From assembly GCA_010093815.1 (NCBI GenBank), contig ML996565.1: a stretch of 64,000 bases of DNA; one strand, written 5' to 3'. Positions within the stretch are counted from its first letter, which is position 1, and each line of letters begins with the position of its first letter. The notes beneath the pieces are model-generated. The model searched no databases. It worked only from the letters and a program-made list of their open reading frames with translations, and was not told where the DNA came from. The translations under genes were made by a program, and so were the position numbers. Of the stretch, positions 1-13,000 are shown in pieces. This DNA comes from Pseudovirgaria hyperparasitica. Lineage: Eukaryota.

Positions 1-24
1 GCTCCATTACCACATGTCTATATA

Positions 25-3000
25 TCAACACCACGCAGACCAACCACAAAAGAGCACGGCAAGATTACGCTCATCCGTGGCTTGCTGTATCAGTCCACTC
101 ACCACAGTCGATACCGACTGATTCTTACTCAACTTCTGCTCCACAACTGCCAAAGCTCTTCCAGCCTCTCCCGAATCATTCTCATGCTTCTTTGAATTCT
201 GCTTGAGCAGATCATCACCAGTGATACCACCGCCAGGAGCATCCTGCTGCTCTGTATGCTCTTGCATGCGCCGAGCGCGATTCTGTGATACGGTCCAGCT
301 AACCAAGGGATCGTAGCGGAGAACATTGAGGAGAGTCATAATGCTCTCGCGTTCCTCCCGAAGGGCTTCGAGAGTGAACTCGCAGCAGCGACGGAACACA
401 CCTTCTGTTTTAGTAAATCCCATTGCGTCGACGAGATCTCGTGTTAGGCGGAAGGGCACAACTTCTGGAACGGGAAGAATACGGCCAGCTTCGAATGCAA
501 CGCCTAGATCAATGTGAACAACTTCACCGCTATTTTGGTCAAGTAGAATATTCTGACAATGACGATCGCCAAGTCCAAGAACATGTCCAAGAATTGAGAT
601 GGCTGCTGTGGTGCGGGTGTATGCGAGGCGCTTCTCGAACCAGTCGTCAGGGTTTACGAAGCGCTCTAGAAAGAAGTATCTCATTATTGGGTGGAAATTG
701 TCACACACTTCGCGATAAACTTTGATTCTGTGCTCCTCAGAATGACTTGATGCCTCTGATACCTTTTTGCGACAGTCGTCAGATTTCCAGTCCCGAGGAT
801 TGTATTTGCGATGCGCAGGGAGAACGGCATCTGCTAACGGAATGGTGTCCCTTACAAACTCAATCACACCACTCTTAGAACTGAGAGGCACGACTTTATA
901 GCTCCTGATATGAAGGCTGCGTAAACGAGTTGACGTGTGGTTTTTGAGAAGTTTGCTGGCCTGCTCAAATACTTGCTCCATAATCGCGTCTTGGCGAAGA
1001 TCATCAGAGCCGGACTTGAACTACGCGATGGTTAGTATCATGTTGACGACCGCGTGTTCGCAACGGAAGCATACCAATTGTTTGAAATGCTCTCCATTCG
1101 AAGCCACGGCTGTGGCGATCTTTGGAGCGCTAATTCCTCCAGCAATGGAGATCTTCGATCGCCAACTCGTAATGATAGGGAGGTCGGTGTAATTTTGATC
1201 TAGTCGGACATCGATTGCTAATGTCGCAGGCGGAATCTCTAAGCTCGTCACTATAGTCTGTAAGCGTCTCCCTGATTGGAGATCTCCTAACGTCGGTTCC
1301 TTATTGAGCTTTCTGATTTCATCTTTTGTGACCATCGCGAACTGATGGTAACATTCATTGGCTCTGTGAATTGCCTTCCATATCCGCGAGCTAGGCGGCT
1401 TGGACCTCTCGAGCATATGTGCTACTTCTTTTGCAGACGCGTGCCGAGATTTGCTTGCCGCATCAACTCCAAGAGATGCGCAACTAGCGTATATCTGGTA
1501 CATCGCATGATAAGGATGGTGAAGACAGATCTGAAATACAAGATCGGACAACTCCTCTTGGAATGGAGTTTTCTCCACCTGCAGCCTCGATGACAGTTGA
1601 TTCATCAGTATTGCGAATTTTCCGGGTGGCGCTTTCGCGAGATAGCTCTTCATGACCTCAATGACCTGTGGTGCATCCGGAAAGTCAAGCCATAGAGCGA
1701 ATACGCGCAAGACATCATTATCATAGTCGTCGCAGGCGCGTAAAGACAGTAGGTAATTTTTCAAGCTCTCACTCACGAAAGTCTCCTTGCTGGCTCGTAG
1801 TCTACCGTATTCTTGATCATCGATATCGTACCATTTTTGCATCCTCATAATGTCTCTTCTGAGTTTGTCACGCTCTGGTTTCTGCTCCTTGGCTTTCAGT
1901 GACCTCAAGACGTCCTTGAACTCATCAATCTCTCGTCCTTTCTGTTCCTTTCGCGCCTGAACACGCGCCAGTTCATCGCTCAGCTCATTACTGTTCAATT
2001 GAGCATCACAGAACGATGCATATGTATGGAACGCTTCACCGGCTTGTCGTCCTTTCGTATTTGCTTTTAATTCTTTGATGGCCGGCCTTAGGTACGACCC
2101 AGCAATCTCTTGCGCGCTTGCCACTCTTGCTCCGGCGAGATAACGTCCCTGGCTAGTTAGCAATTTTTACATGTTAATGACTTGTGACGATACGTACCAG
2201 CTCCAACAGTATCTGACTCAATGTGCCCTCGGGGAGCTGCTGTTGAAGTGTCTTAGAGCCATTCAACTTTTGCAAAATTAGGATAGCTGGAGTCGTTTCT
2301 CCTTGGTCCCAGAGAATTCGAGCGGTTTCAAACAATGCAGGTCCTTCTAAATGGATGCCAAACTCCTTTGCATCCTCCGCGATATCAGAGAGGTAGGTAG
2401 CACAGGCAAGCGCATCTTGAAGAGCACCATGTTTGCGAGATATCCTGGAATTTGTTAATAGATTCGAGGCTTGTAGTTGATAGACTAGATCCGGTGGCGC
2501 TTTTATGCTTTCCCGGAGCCGTGCATTGCGACATAGAACGCCGAGTAATGTCTCTCGTGATGAAAGAATGGGACGGAAATCTTCAACCCTAAATGTATTA
2601 GTCCGTTGGAGTTCGAGGGTGTTCTAGCTCGATTTACCTTCCACGTTCCATCCACGAGGCACGACTATCCAAGCTGGCCCATCTATCGTCCATTGAGCCT
2701 TCGTGACAGAGGCTCATAATATCATCAGTCTCAGACAAGACAGCAAAGACACGGAAGAAGGACTCTTTGTTGACAACGTGATCACCCTGCGATAAAAGAC
2801 TTCGTACTGTTCGCATAAGGCCGCCATCAATGTGGGATCTTGCATCAGTCGCGGTGTTCGATGTACTAATTGCCTGGAATACCCTGTATATTGTGGCTGC
2901 CTCGGTTTCGAGGGACTCAGGCGCTCTAATATCCCATTGCTCAAGTTTTCTGGCCGTATTTAGGGTGCTCTCAATGCTACCAATTCCTGCGCCTTGAAAG

Positions 3001-6000
3001 CCAGAACTGGATAGAAGTGCTTGCGTTATAGTGTTTAGATTGAGTGTTGAGAGTGAGGTCATGACCCCTCTGGAGTCCTCGAAAGAGGTCTTGTTTAGTC
3101 GGCGCATTTGACTATCAAGTCTAGCGCCCCTGAAAAGAAGTCCCTTCATCCCATTACCTTCGTAATCAAGGCGGTTCAGTATTGAGAGGATGTCCGGTTC
3201 TTGCTCAATCCCATAGTACGAATCGGGCTCGTCCAAGTTCTTGTAAACGATTATTTGCAAATCGACGGGAACACTGGTGGATACAATAGAGAAGCGACGA
3301 GATATGCGAATGGGTGGAGAAGCATATGTCTCAAGGAAAAGGAGCGAGATTCGGTAGAGGTGGCACCTCGCTGCAGCCCTGGATGCACGCAAGAAATCGA
3401 TGTCGAGCCAACGATCGCGATCTGCGCACGACTTCTCGTTGGGAACAGGTTGTCCTCTAAGATAAACAATAGCAGTGACGATACTCCTGATCTGGGGCAG
3501 GTAATGGTGGTCTTCTTGTTCGAACCAGTCATTAAATGCACAGGAGAGGATCTCTTTCACTATTTTCTGACGATCGTATTGTTGAAGAAGTACTATGTGA
3601 AGTACGGATGGAAAAATCTTTTGCGCGAGACCTGGTATCCCGAAGGCTACGTGAGCTAGTTCACCAAGAACGATGTCCTCGGAGCCTACCTGAGTCAGAC
3701 TCACCACCAGTTCCCGAATCCATTGCTCGTAAGACTTCTTGCTGGAGCATGCAGACTCGGTGAGATCAAACGCTGGGACACTATGAAAGTCTTCTAGATT
3801 TGATGTCTTGTCCCAAGTTAGCGACTCAATGATATTTCGGGACAGTGATGCCTGGATGTTGACGTCTCGTTCATCACCTTTCAGCTGAGACAGGACCGAT
3901 CGCAGGGTCTGTTCTACCATGCCAGCTTCAGGACGTGTTCCGCTGAAGAGGTAATCGTTTAGTAGTCGCATGATATTCGAGTGCGAGGAAGGGCTTTTAG
4001 TATCTCTATTTTGTGACTGAACATCAGAATCAGCCAGTCCTCGGTACCGCATATTAAATCCGACTTCGCCCCGTGCTGAGAACGCTCGACCGAGAGCTCG
4101 CGAAGCCCATAGCAGATATGACTGGGGAATATGTCGATGCTGACAGGAACGCCATACGGCGTGGGCATACCGAGTAGCTTCTTGATCTGATCCCAGGATA
4201 TCGTCAGACGGTGAGGAAGCGTACTTGAAATCTTTACAAAGAATACTAAACACAAGCTCTTGAGATGGCCGACTAAGAAGTCGATCGTTGCTCATGTCAT
4301 CCTTGAGAATTTCAAGTAACAGTGTACTTTCAGGAGTCCCTTGGCGAGAGTTTCCGTTCGCTTGAACTCCTGCGGCTGCCGTCATCATGTTGCCAAATGC
4401 TTCGTGAGAGAGCTGCGGCCGATTCAGGGTGTTGTTGTTGTTGTTTTTGTTGTTGTTTTTGTTGTTGTTTTTGTTGTTGTTTTTGTTGTTGTGACTGGAT
4501 GATTGTTTCGCAAGGTCTGATAAGTATGCTGAAAGCCAAACATGGAATAGTGTGGCCTTGGACATTGTTGATATATATTGTGATTCTTGAGTTGTGCTAT
4601 CTTGAGAAATTTCGAGGAATCTGCGCAAAGAGAGTAGTATAGATAGACCAATTCCTGATACGAATGATAGGTCGAGTTGGAGACTCCGCTGACTATTTGC
4701 AAAGAGATACTGTACGATGCCCAAGGCATCGTCAGAACATTGAAAGTCCGTAAGATAAGGGCGCAATGCATGGAGGCTCATGTGGAGTGGGTAACCTTTA
4801 AGAGCGACATCTCCTGCAAGAGCCACCAGTACCCTAATTTTTCGAATGACCGAGCAAGCATGAAGGGAGCCTAATTCCGGCCGTAGTTGTAACAGCAACA
4901 TTCTCATCACAAATACAACGACGTCAGAAGTCCATATTGATTCGGACTTGTAGGCAGCGCGGCGACAGAGCCGATCAATACGGTGAAATGCGGTAAAAGA
5001 CCCAAATGATGGTTGTTGATCTGGGGGTAACTTATGATCGGAACGACCGTATGACATAATATTTTCAGCAACTTTGCATGCGTTGGCGAACACATCACTC
5101 TTAGCAGGGGCAATATGGACTTTGTCTGTCAAGTCTGTGTGCAGAAGAAGCAAGCCAAGGATACGAGGGAAATGCGATCTAAGAAGATCATTGTACTTGG
5201 AGGTCCCAAACTTGGTGCTCACAGCCTTTTCCTGACTGGTAATTGACGAGTCTGGCCCGCTGCCATGCCCGGTACCTTGCTTTTGCACATAATCGTCTGT
5301 GTCCCGAGATATTGTGTATGCAACCACCTTGCAGATGGCCATTTCCGTCAATCTGTCTTCGCAGATGCCGACTTGACTTGCTACGGTCTCCATGTCTTCC
5401 CTTGAGCCCCGCATGAGAGCCTGCGCAAAAGCCTCATCTCTCGTCTCTACTAACAACTGTGCAAGCGACTTGTATTTGAAGATGGAGTACGGAATATCAC
5501 GATACAGCTTCGCCGTATCGGGCTCCGCGAGGTCCGTCCAGGTATAGAACAATTGCCGCGAAAATAATGCGAAGAGCTCTTGTGCACTTGACAGATTGAG
5601 CGAACGAGCCACATCCTCTATGCATACTGTCGCATGCTCCAAACAAAGCTCGACGTTACCAGCAGCTTCGAAGATGTACCATACACACCTTCTTAAAATT
5701 GTTGGCCACAGGGAGCCAAGTTTTGTAAAGACAATAAGTCGCAGTGCCAAACCTTCTAACCAATCAGATGATGAAGGCAGGACGTCGGTAATATCGTTGA
5801 GAAATCCATCATGCATGGCGAGTACGTATCGTTGGAACATTTCCGGTAGAAGAGTAGAGACGTGGTACTTGACTCCTATGGAGCCAGATCGGAGGAGGGT
5901 AAGCAATGCTGTGCGTGGCGATGGCAGATCGGAGGACTCAGCGAAGCTCTCACTCTCGGCATGAGCAGCCAACAACAAGTTACTCATGCCGATTTGAGTC

Positions 6001-9000
6001 ATCGGCGATGCGCAGTCGGTTTCGAGGAGTGTTCTCAATAGCCACTCGTACATCTCCGAAGCAGAATCGTGCAGATCTCCGGCATCTGTCTTAGCCCAGA
6101 CTTCCATGTAAGTCGTTAGAACGTCGATACATAGACAAAGACCAACTTCACTACGATTATAGATGTACGGTCCTAGAATAGTCTCTCCGAGGTGCGTCAA
6201 CCAGTTATCCAGGTCCGCGGATTTTACAATCATTCTCGCATTGAGGAGCTGTTCCAAAAAGCTTCGGCAATAATGCATCTCTTTGGCGGTAAGTGATACT
6301 AGATGATCAATGAAGGTAGTTGGCACACTATTTATTCGCTGTTCGGCGTCTATAGCTTCAAATGTAGCAGTGACGAATCTGAGATACAGTAAGACTGATG
6401 CTCTCGCCGCGGATGGGTCGGACTGTACAACAGACTCCTTCCTTGGGGGCTCAGTGAGCTGTGTATGATCAATGTCGGGCGTTGGTTGCGAATCAAACTC
6501 ATCATCAAGATCCATAATATCCTCCTGGTGGCTGTTCGGAAGAGACAACCCGTGGATGCTTTCGCGGCTGTTTAGACCTCTAGTGATATGCATAGCCAAG
6601 AGTGTGATGCCGCTGTGATTGAAAGCATTCCCGCCCACATGGACATATTCAGTCATCGGCAGCAAACTCGGACGCATAGCATCAATGAGCGTATCGAGCC
6701 TCGCAGATTCGGATTCTGGAGATAATACAACTTCCACAAGAGTCTTGACTAGTCGGGCTGTCTGTTTGTTTAAGGATGCGGCTTTGTAATTGTTGATTGA
6801 ATGTCTATTGTGCGCGATGGCGGATACCACCATAGCGAGAGTCGTAAGTCCCTTAATCATTATCTGAGATATGTTCTGAGGGCGTTCTTTCCACCAGACT
6901 TCCAGCTGCTGGTAAGCGTCCTCAGTCTGTGCTATACACGAATCGATGATGCGAGATTCTAGACCAACAGCAGCTTGCGTGATCGTCTCACTCGAGTTTC
7001 GCATATGCTTATTTCGTCGTCTTGGTTTGCAAAAGAAATGCGTGTCGTCGAGAAGTAGGAGATAGACAGCCTTCTCATGGTGTAGGCTAATGTGTGAACA
7101 GGCTTGTGCAATGGGGCCAGATGCAAAAACAGAAGCATCCGTGGTCGGGTACGTGATACCTAAACAGTAGTAGAGAGCGCCTAATACGTCAGCCGCACTG
7201 AACGACTGATTCCCGTGATTTGCGTAGGATCTTTCGCTTGAGAAAGCTATTTGTGTCAGCCGAGATGGAGGTCGACGTATTTTTCGACTTACCAATAGAG
7301 AATTTGCTGAATATCCACTGAACAACTTTGTCTGTGATAGAGTCACATCGACTGGGATTCGTGGCGGATGCGTAGTCTATCATTGATATGAAGAAGTTGA
7401 GCGTTGAGTCAGCTATGAAAGCAGGACCGCTCAGGTCGATAGACGCGAACATGGTTTCATTAGTTGATGCTATGGCAGAATACGATACGATACCGAGCTG
7501 TAAGAGCACTTGCATAGCGAGGCAGGCAGGTCGGCAAGAGGACGGAATAACAGCATTGCGCGCTGCCTGTTCCCACAGATTCATCCATGAACTGGAAAGT
7601 GATGTGTCGATAGAATTGTTCGAATGAGCCGCTCTGTGCAGCGTCAATAAAGCACATATCCACAGTCATGGTGCTCAAAACCTACGATGCAACGCAAAGA
7701 AGGCTCCATGCAGAGACGGAACCGGCTTTATCTGAGGCACAACCGATAAGTCTGTCAAGGATCTGACTAAGTAGGCCCGCGGAGCATGGCGTACGATACA
7801 GCATGAAAGTCAGTATTTGTAACGATGCGACTCTATCTGAACCAGGCCGACTGAGGTCATCTAACAGCGCAGTGATGCGACTTGTATAGCGTCTTCGCTT
7901 TCGCGGGCGGTCGTCAATGTCCTGACTATCCAGTTCAATTGCGGAGTGATCGTGACTTAGCATCAATGTCAAAGTACCCATGATACTCAAGATGGCCCAT
8001 TGTTGTTCGTGGCGAGATTCGCTCTTTAAAGAAAACGCTGGGGTCGAGAGGATGCTATATTCGCATGAAACCTCGCCGACTTCAAGTCGTAGGTCTTCGA
8101 CCTGCAACTGATCGCGCGGGAGTCGCTTCAAGTATTCGGCGTGTAAGCAATCTAATAGAGCTTCAACCTCCTGTCTCACCTCCTCATTGTAGTGATTATG
8201 TTCTAGCTGTAGCATGACTGCAATCTGTTCCTGACAAATGATAATTGTCGCTAAAATTTCTTCCTTCAAAGAGGACGCTATTCGTGTTTGCCAGAGGTCT
8301 CTCATGACCGGTAGAAGCTGAGCGATTGTTCTTTGCGATATATCATTGTGATGCAGGTGTATTGCTGTAAGTATTGAATTGATAGCGGCAAATGCATCCT
8401 GGTGCGCCAGACCGACGTTCCTAGCCGATCGCAGAAATCTAGTGAGTGAATTCAGAGAGACCTGCGCCTTCTGAAAGATGGGCGCGTTTGGGACAGTGAC
8501 AAGCTGGCGCAAACAGACCACCAGCTCTTGAGCAACCGATGGAGATACTCCGCCATGACGAGGGGTTTCTAGAGGCTCCTTAGTACCAGATCGGGACGAA
8601 CTGTCCGTCGAAGCATCCCGTCGTCGTGATCCAGACTGTGGTATGCGCAGACTGTCCATTGAGTCATGCTCTTCAGCAGTAACTATTAGAGTGATGCAGA
8701 AATCGACTGCTTCACACCAATCTGTCGATGATAAATGCTCAGCGTGAGGTTGGAACTCCAGGACACTTCGCAAGCATTTTGAATAAGGTATTAGTAAAGG
8801 CTCACAATAGCCTCCACTTGACATAGGCAGCGTTTGAACGATATGTTCCAGAATAGCCTTGACGGTTCTTCTTTGAAGTCTATGTACTCCAAATTCGACT
8901 GACTGACGAAGCGCGTCGGCGCCTTGCTCAAGACGATTCGCGCTAGCAGTCTTTGGGGTCTTTGAGTTAGCTCTGGCATATTGCGAGCGCTCCAGAGAAT

Positions 9001-9236
9001 TGACCCTGAATATAGCCTCATATAACGCGTAGAAGGATTTGTCTGTGATCGTGTTCCTTTTCGATTTGTGACGATTGTGCTGGAAGATTTGTTTAAGGTC
9101 TCTCAGGGCTTCTTTGCGTTCTGTTTGCGTAGAAGAATCGAGACGATCTTTGCAGGACTTGTCAACAACTATTCCCGAAAATATTGTTCTCTTATGGTGC
9201 CTTACCGACAACATCTGCAAGATTTAAGTCACTCAT
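25..9236 (-). CDS. TEL1: Serine/threonine kinase Tel1/ATM (PIKK family), multi-exon
   Basis: N-terminal TAN-like motif ([13 protein letters not shown]) and FAT region. PI3K-like kinase motifs: [13 protein letters not shown] after splicing, [34 protein letters not shown] end [12 protein letters not shown]. Start inferred at ATG 9236 ([10 protein letters not shown]) followed by a GTAAGG intron. Joins ORFs 7682-9220, 7189-7647, 2634-7346, 1021-2163 and 25-981. Confidence 0.95.
4429..4492. repeat. Coding microsatellite with 12-bp unit (TTGTTGTTGTTT)n, encoding [20 protein letters not shown] in Tel1
   Basis: Directly visible GTT/TTT tandem run, in frame in ORF 2634-7346. Confidence 0.9.
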
Positions 9237-9466
9237 ACTTGTAACATGCTAACCATGGTCTGAAAACGAGACGGCTCAAGCGTCTTTCGTATGTCGTCCG
9301 GTAAGAGTTTGGTTGAGCGTTTGCACTCCAGATAGTCTTGCCAAGCTCTTCAAACTTAAAACGTCTACGTCACTCTCCAATTATTTGTAGTCTCGCGCTA
9401 CGTGGAGCCGTATGATCATGTACGGAAAATCGCGTTCAAGTTCAGGCCCGGGCGTGCAAGGGTGTT

Positions 9467-9909
9467 GTTGGGAGGAATTCTCATGCGTCCAGTGTACTTT
9501 ATGTACTAAACAAAGATTTACTGAGTAATCATATACGTAATAGTTTAGCCGAAGTAATCTCCGGCATCCTTCTACTTCTCTTTTATCTATCTCTTCTTCT
9601 AAATAGCTAATTATCTATTATAGATATATATTTAATTAATTTTAATCGTACAGGCTTAATATAATACCTATTATACGTGTCTTTAACTATTTTTAACAAC
9701 CTTAACTGATTTTAACTAATTTAACCTTATAGATAGACTTTATAATAATACTTTATATATATGTTTAATTTTAACATCGTAGACTATAACCATATATATA
9801 CTTTAAGCTTATTTCATATTACTTAGTAAGGCTGCTTAGACTATGTGGTATAGTAATCTATCACTTTATTATACATAATACACTGGACGCTTGAGAAACC
9901 CTCGTCAAC
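9467..9909. mobile_element. MITE-like non-autonomous DNA transposon relic with AT-rich (RIP-like) interior
   Basis: Left TTCTCATGCGTCCAGTGTA (9478-9496) and right TACACTGGACGCTTGAGAA (9879-9897) are inverted repeats with one mismatch, extending imperfectly to GTTG...CAAC. TGTT flanks both sides (9463-9466, 9910-9913). The interior is TpA-rich. Confidence 0.75.
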
Positions 9910-10063
9910 TGTTGGTCCACTTTAGTAGTTAGAGCAGCGGAGCGCCTTTCCTAAGGTAGACTAGACTCAATTCATAGCTTCACTTCTGGCTTCGACAAAG
10001 CTTCGAGGAACGCGTGGTTTGCGACACAAGCTCTATACATGCCCAACGGCGTTCTTTCTTCTC

Positions 10064-13000
10064 ATGGCAGATGCAAGCAGCTTGGAGTCTTTACAAGACT
10101 TGCATCGCGATCTGCAAGCACTATCAGAATCACGACTTCCTGTCTTGGACAGACTATGGCTGCAGCTAGAGGCGCGCGTGGATGATTTCAGGAATCTTTT
10201 AGACCAGAAACGAAGAGACGACGGCAGTCGCCAGAAAGTCGTGCAAGGTGGAGAAATTGCGCCCTCAAAGGAGACCCTCAGCTGATCAAGCTTTTCTACT
10301 CAGACTCGTCCATCGTATTTGACGATGGGGAATACTCAGTAAACGACGATTTCCGCGAACAGTCCATTCAACTTGCGAACACCTTAGATCTCGACGAATT
10401 AGAATCCGCGCAACTACTTCACACTGCAAGTAAGGAGTCGAATGAACTCGATCGACCGCCATTCTTTGGGGCACTCATACGCTATCAGCAGAGGCGACAC
10501 TTTCTCCTGGAATGCCTTCGGTTGGTTATAAAGATATCTCAGGAAGGCCAGGAGGATGATGAACTACACGATGATGTCACTCAGAATCTAGAGATTGTGA
10601 AGCGAGAGATATATAACACCAGGACAGGCAATGCCGGAAATGGAGTGCTATTTTGGAAGAAATGTCTCGCAGCCATGGGGGAAATTGAGAAACGCCTACA
10701 AGATCTTCACGATCGCTACATCAAATTGTCCATGATGGAACGAAGCCCATCAGCAGAAATAGAAGAGCTCATTAAGCTGGAAAAGGCCAGCCTAACACGC
10801 CAACACGAATCTCTTGCTGGTATATGTTGCTACATGACCAAAGAAACTAGCCCGGGAATTGATGGCTTTTCTGTCACTCAGGAAGCCGCGAAGAGACTAG
10901 ACAAGCATGATGCGATCCTCATCCATTATGTTCCTATACTCACGCTCCTGATCAGCTCTTTGGGTCCCACAGAAGCAAAGAATATTTCACTGAGGGAGGC
11001 AAGGACCCTTCATAAGTCAATCGTTTCGACCACAGAATCTGCTGGATGGGGGGTACGGAGCTTCCAAGCAACTGTCATAGCATACTGGCTAGCTGAGTAC
11101 AGTGGGCGGTATGTAGAGGCCTCCACTGAGTCGCCCTTGCAGGGCGTAGACCTGTCTGCAGAGGCAGACGAACGCTCCAAGGTCTTCATGGATTCCATCA
11201 AAGACGGTGCATTGCATTTCATGCTGTCAATCTGTCAAGGCTTGAGACCAGATAGATGGTATGACCCTGCTCGCGCGGGTCTTGTCTCCCTACTTCTCAA
11301 GGACGCTGCTACATTACCGTCTGACACAGTCCCATTTACTGAAGATTTCCAAGTTCTAGTGATGGAACAACTTCAAGGCTTTGTGGATGCATTCATCAGC
11401 CACATGCCAGACACTTTACGCAAATTGAAAGTTGAAGAGGATGAGCAAAGGCGGCAGCTTCAATCGCGTTTCCAAAGGGATCACGTGGAGTACGAGTTAC
11501 ATCTCGAGCGATTCCTTATCATCATTTGTTTCGCATACGACGGATCGTCAGATGCCGCCGTTGCGTTCTGGAATGAACCCGAAGGCAACTTATACGGATT
11601 CCTGCAATGGGCTGCGAAACGCCAGACGACCCCCAGAGTTGCTGCCTTCTGCGAAATGCTCCGTGCTATCTCAGTCGGAGAAGATTGTGCCGAGGCTGCC
11701 CACCGCTTCCTTCAAGAAGAGGCTCCTCAAATGACCATACGATCGCGGCGAAGCACTTCGCTAAGTTATTCTCAAATATTCACAGAGCTACAATTCTATT
11801 CCTCGAGCGTTGGAGATAAGAACGCAGGTATACAGGGAGTGACACAGACTGCACCACTCAGTGCCACGGATCAGATCGTTGAACCGGAAAGTGCAATGAT
11901 GCTAGAGAGTTATCTACGTCTTCTAGCTCACTTGTGCTCCCAGAGCAGTGTCGCACGCGACTGGGTTCTGCAAACGGCCAATATTGTGCCAATGCTTCTT
12001 ACGCTTTGTCAATCACACCTTGAGAGCCGTCTCCGAGCAAGTACGTTTAGTGCACTATCTTCCTTCCTTAGCCACAAGACCACAGCCATCGCGTTTCACA
12101 TATGGACCTACCTGGATACCTGGCTCCATACAGGCCTCAATACGCACGGGAAGCCAGGACCTCAGCTAAAGACTCCTCAGGAGTATGTCTGGCATACTAT
12201 AGCGAGTGGCTATGAAGAATCAAACGCGTTCGTGGAGCTGTTACGTGCGTTGATTGCCCCACCGTCGGATGATAGCGGCTTGAGAGATAGTCTGCCATTT
12301 CCCGAGAATCTTGGATCAAGCCATCGTATGCCAGGGATAGATAACTACATCGACTTCGTGATGGGCCGCATCTTCGCCGAAAAACAAGATGGTTTAGAAC
12401 CACTCCAGAGGCGAGTCATGAGATGGAACTGTCTCAACTTCATCTCGACTTGCTTAGGGTCTTTCAACGAAGATCTTATAGTGTTAGCGAATGTTGCCCA
12501 GGCTAGTGTTGATGTTGATACTGCAATGCAGTCCTCATCGCTTTCAACATACATGCAACTCCATCCTTTCGCGCGCGTCATGGAGTGGATGTTCAACGAC
12601 AAAGTCATCCAAACTCTTTTCGAAACTGCACATCAGGATATTCACGAAGTCAATGACGCCCTCCCAGATTCTCCTCTCGTTCTCTCTCTCCTGTCTAGTA
12701 TTGAAGTCATGAATCAGATCATGAGCCTTCAGTCAACGTACTTGGACCTCGTCCGACCGTTGATCAAGCTAAATTCGACGAATCGTAAAGTCCCGGTAGC
12801 GAATGCGGCTATAGCATCATTCGAAGATGCTGTGTACACCAATCTTACCTTAATTGTAGATTTGGGTCTCTATTGTGGAACGGGCCATCAAGACCTGACC
12901 ATAGCTTCACTGAGGCTGCTTGAAAGACTCTCGGCATCAAGAAAGCTGAATGGCCCTTCGGACGGGGTTTCCAACCGATCAGGTCGTAGTAAGATGATTG

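Noticed and set aside
4322..4771. Poly-Q, poly-T and poly-C ORFs
   Set aside because: Alternative-frame readings of the Tel1 microsatellite.
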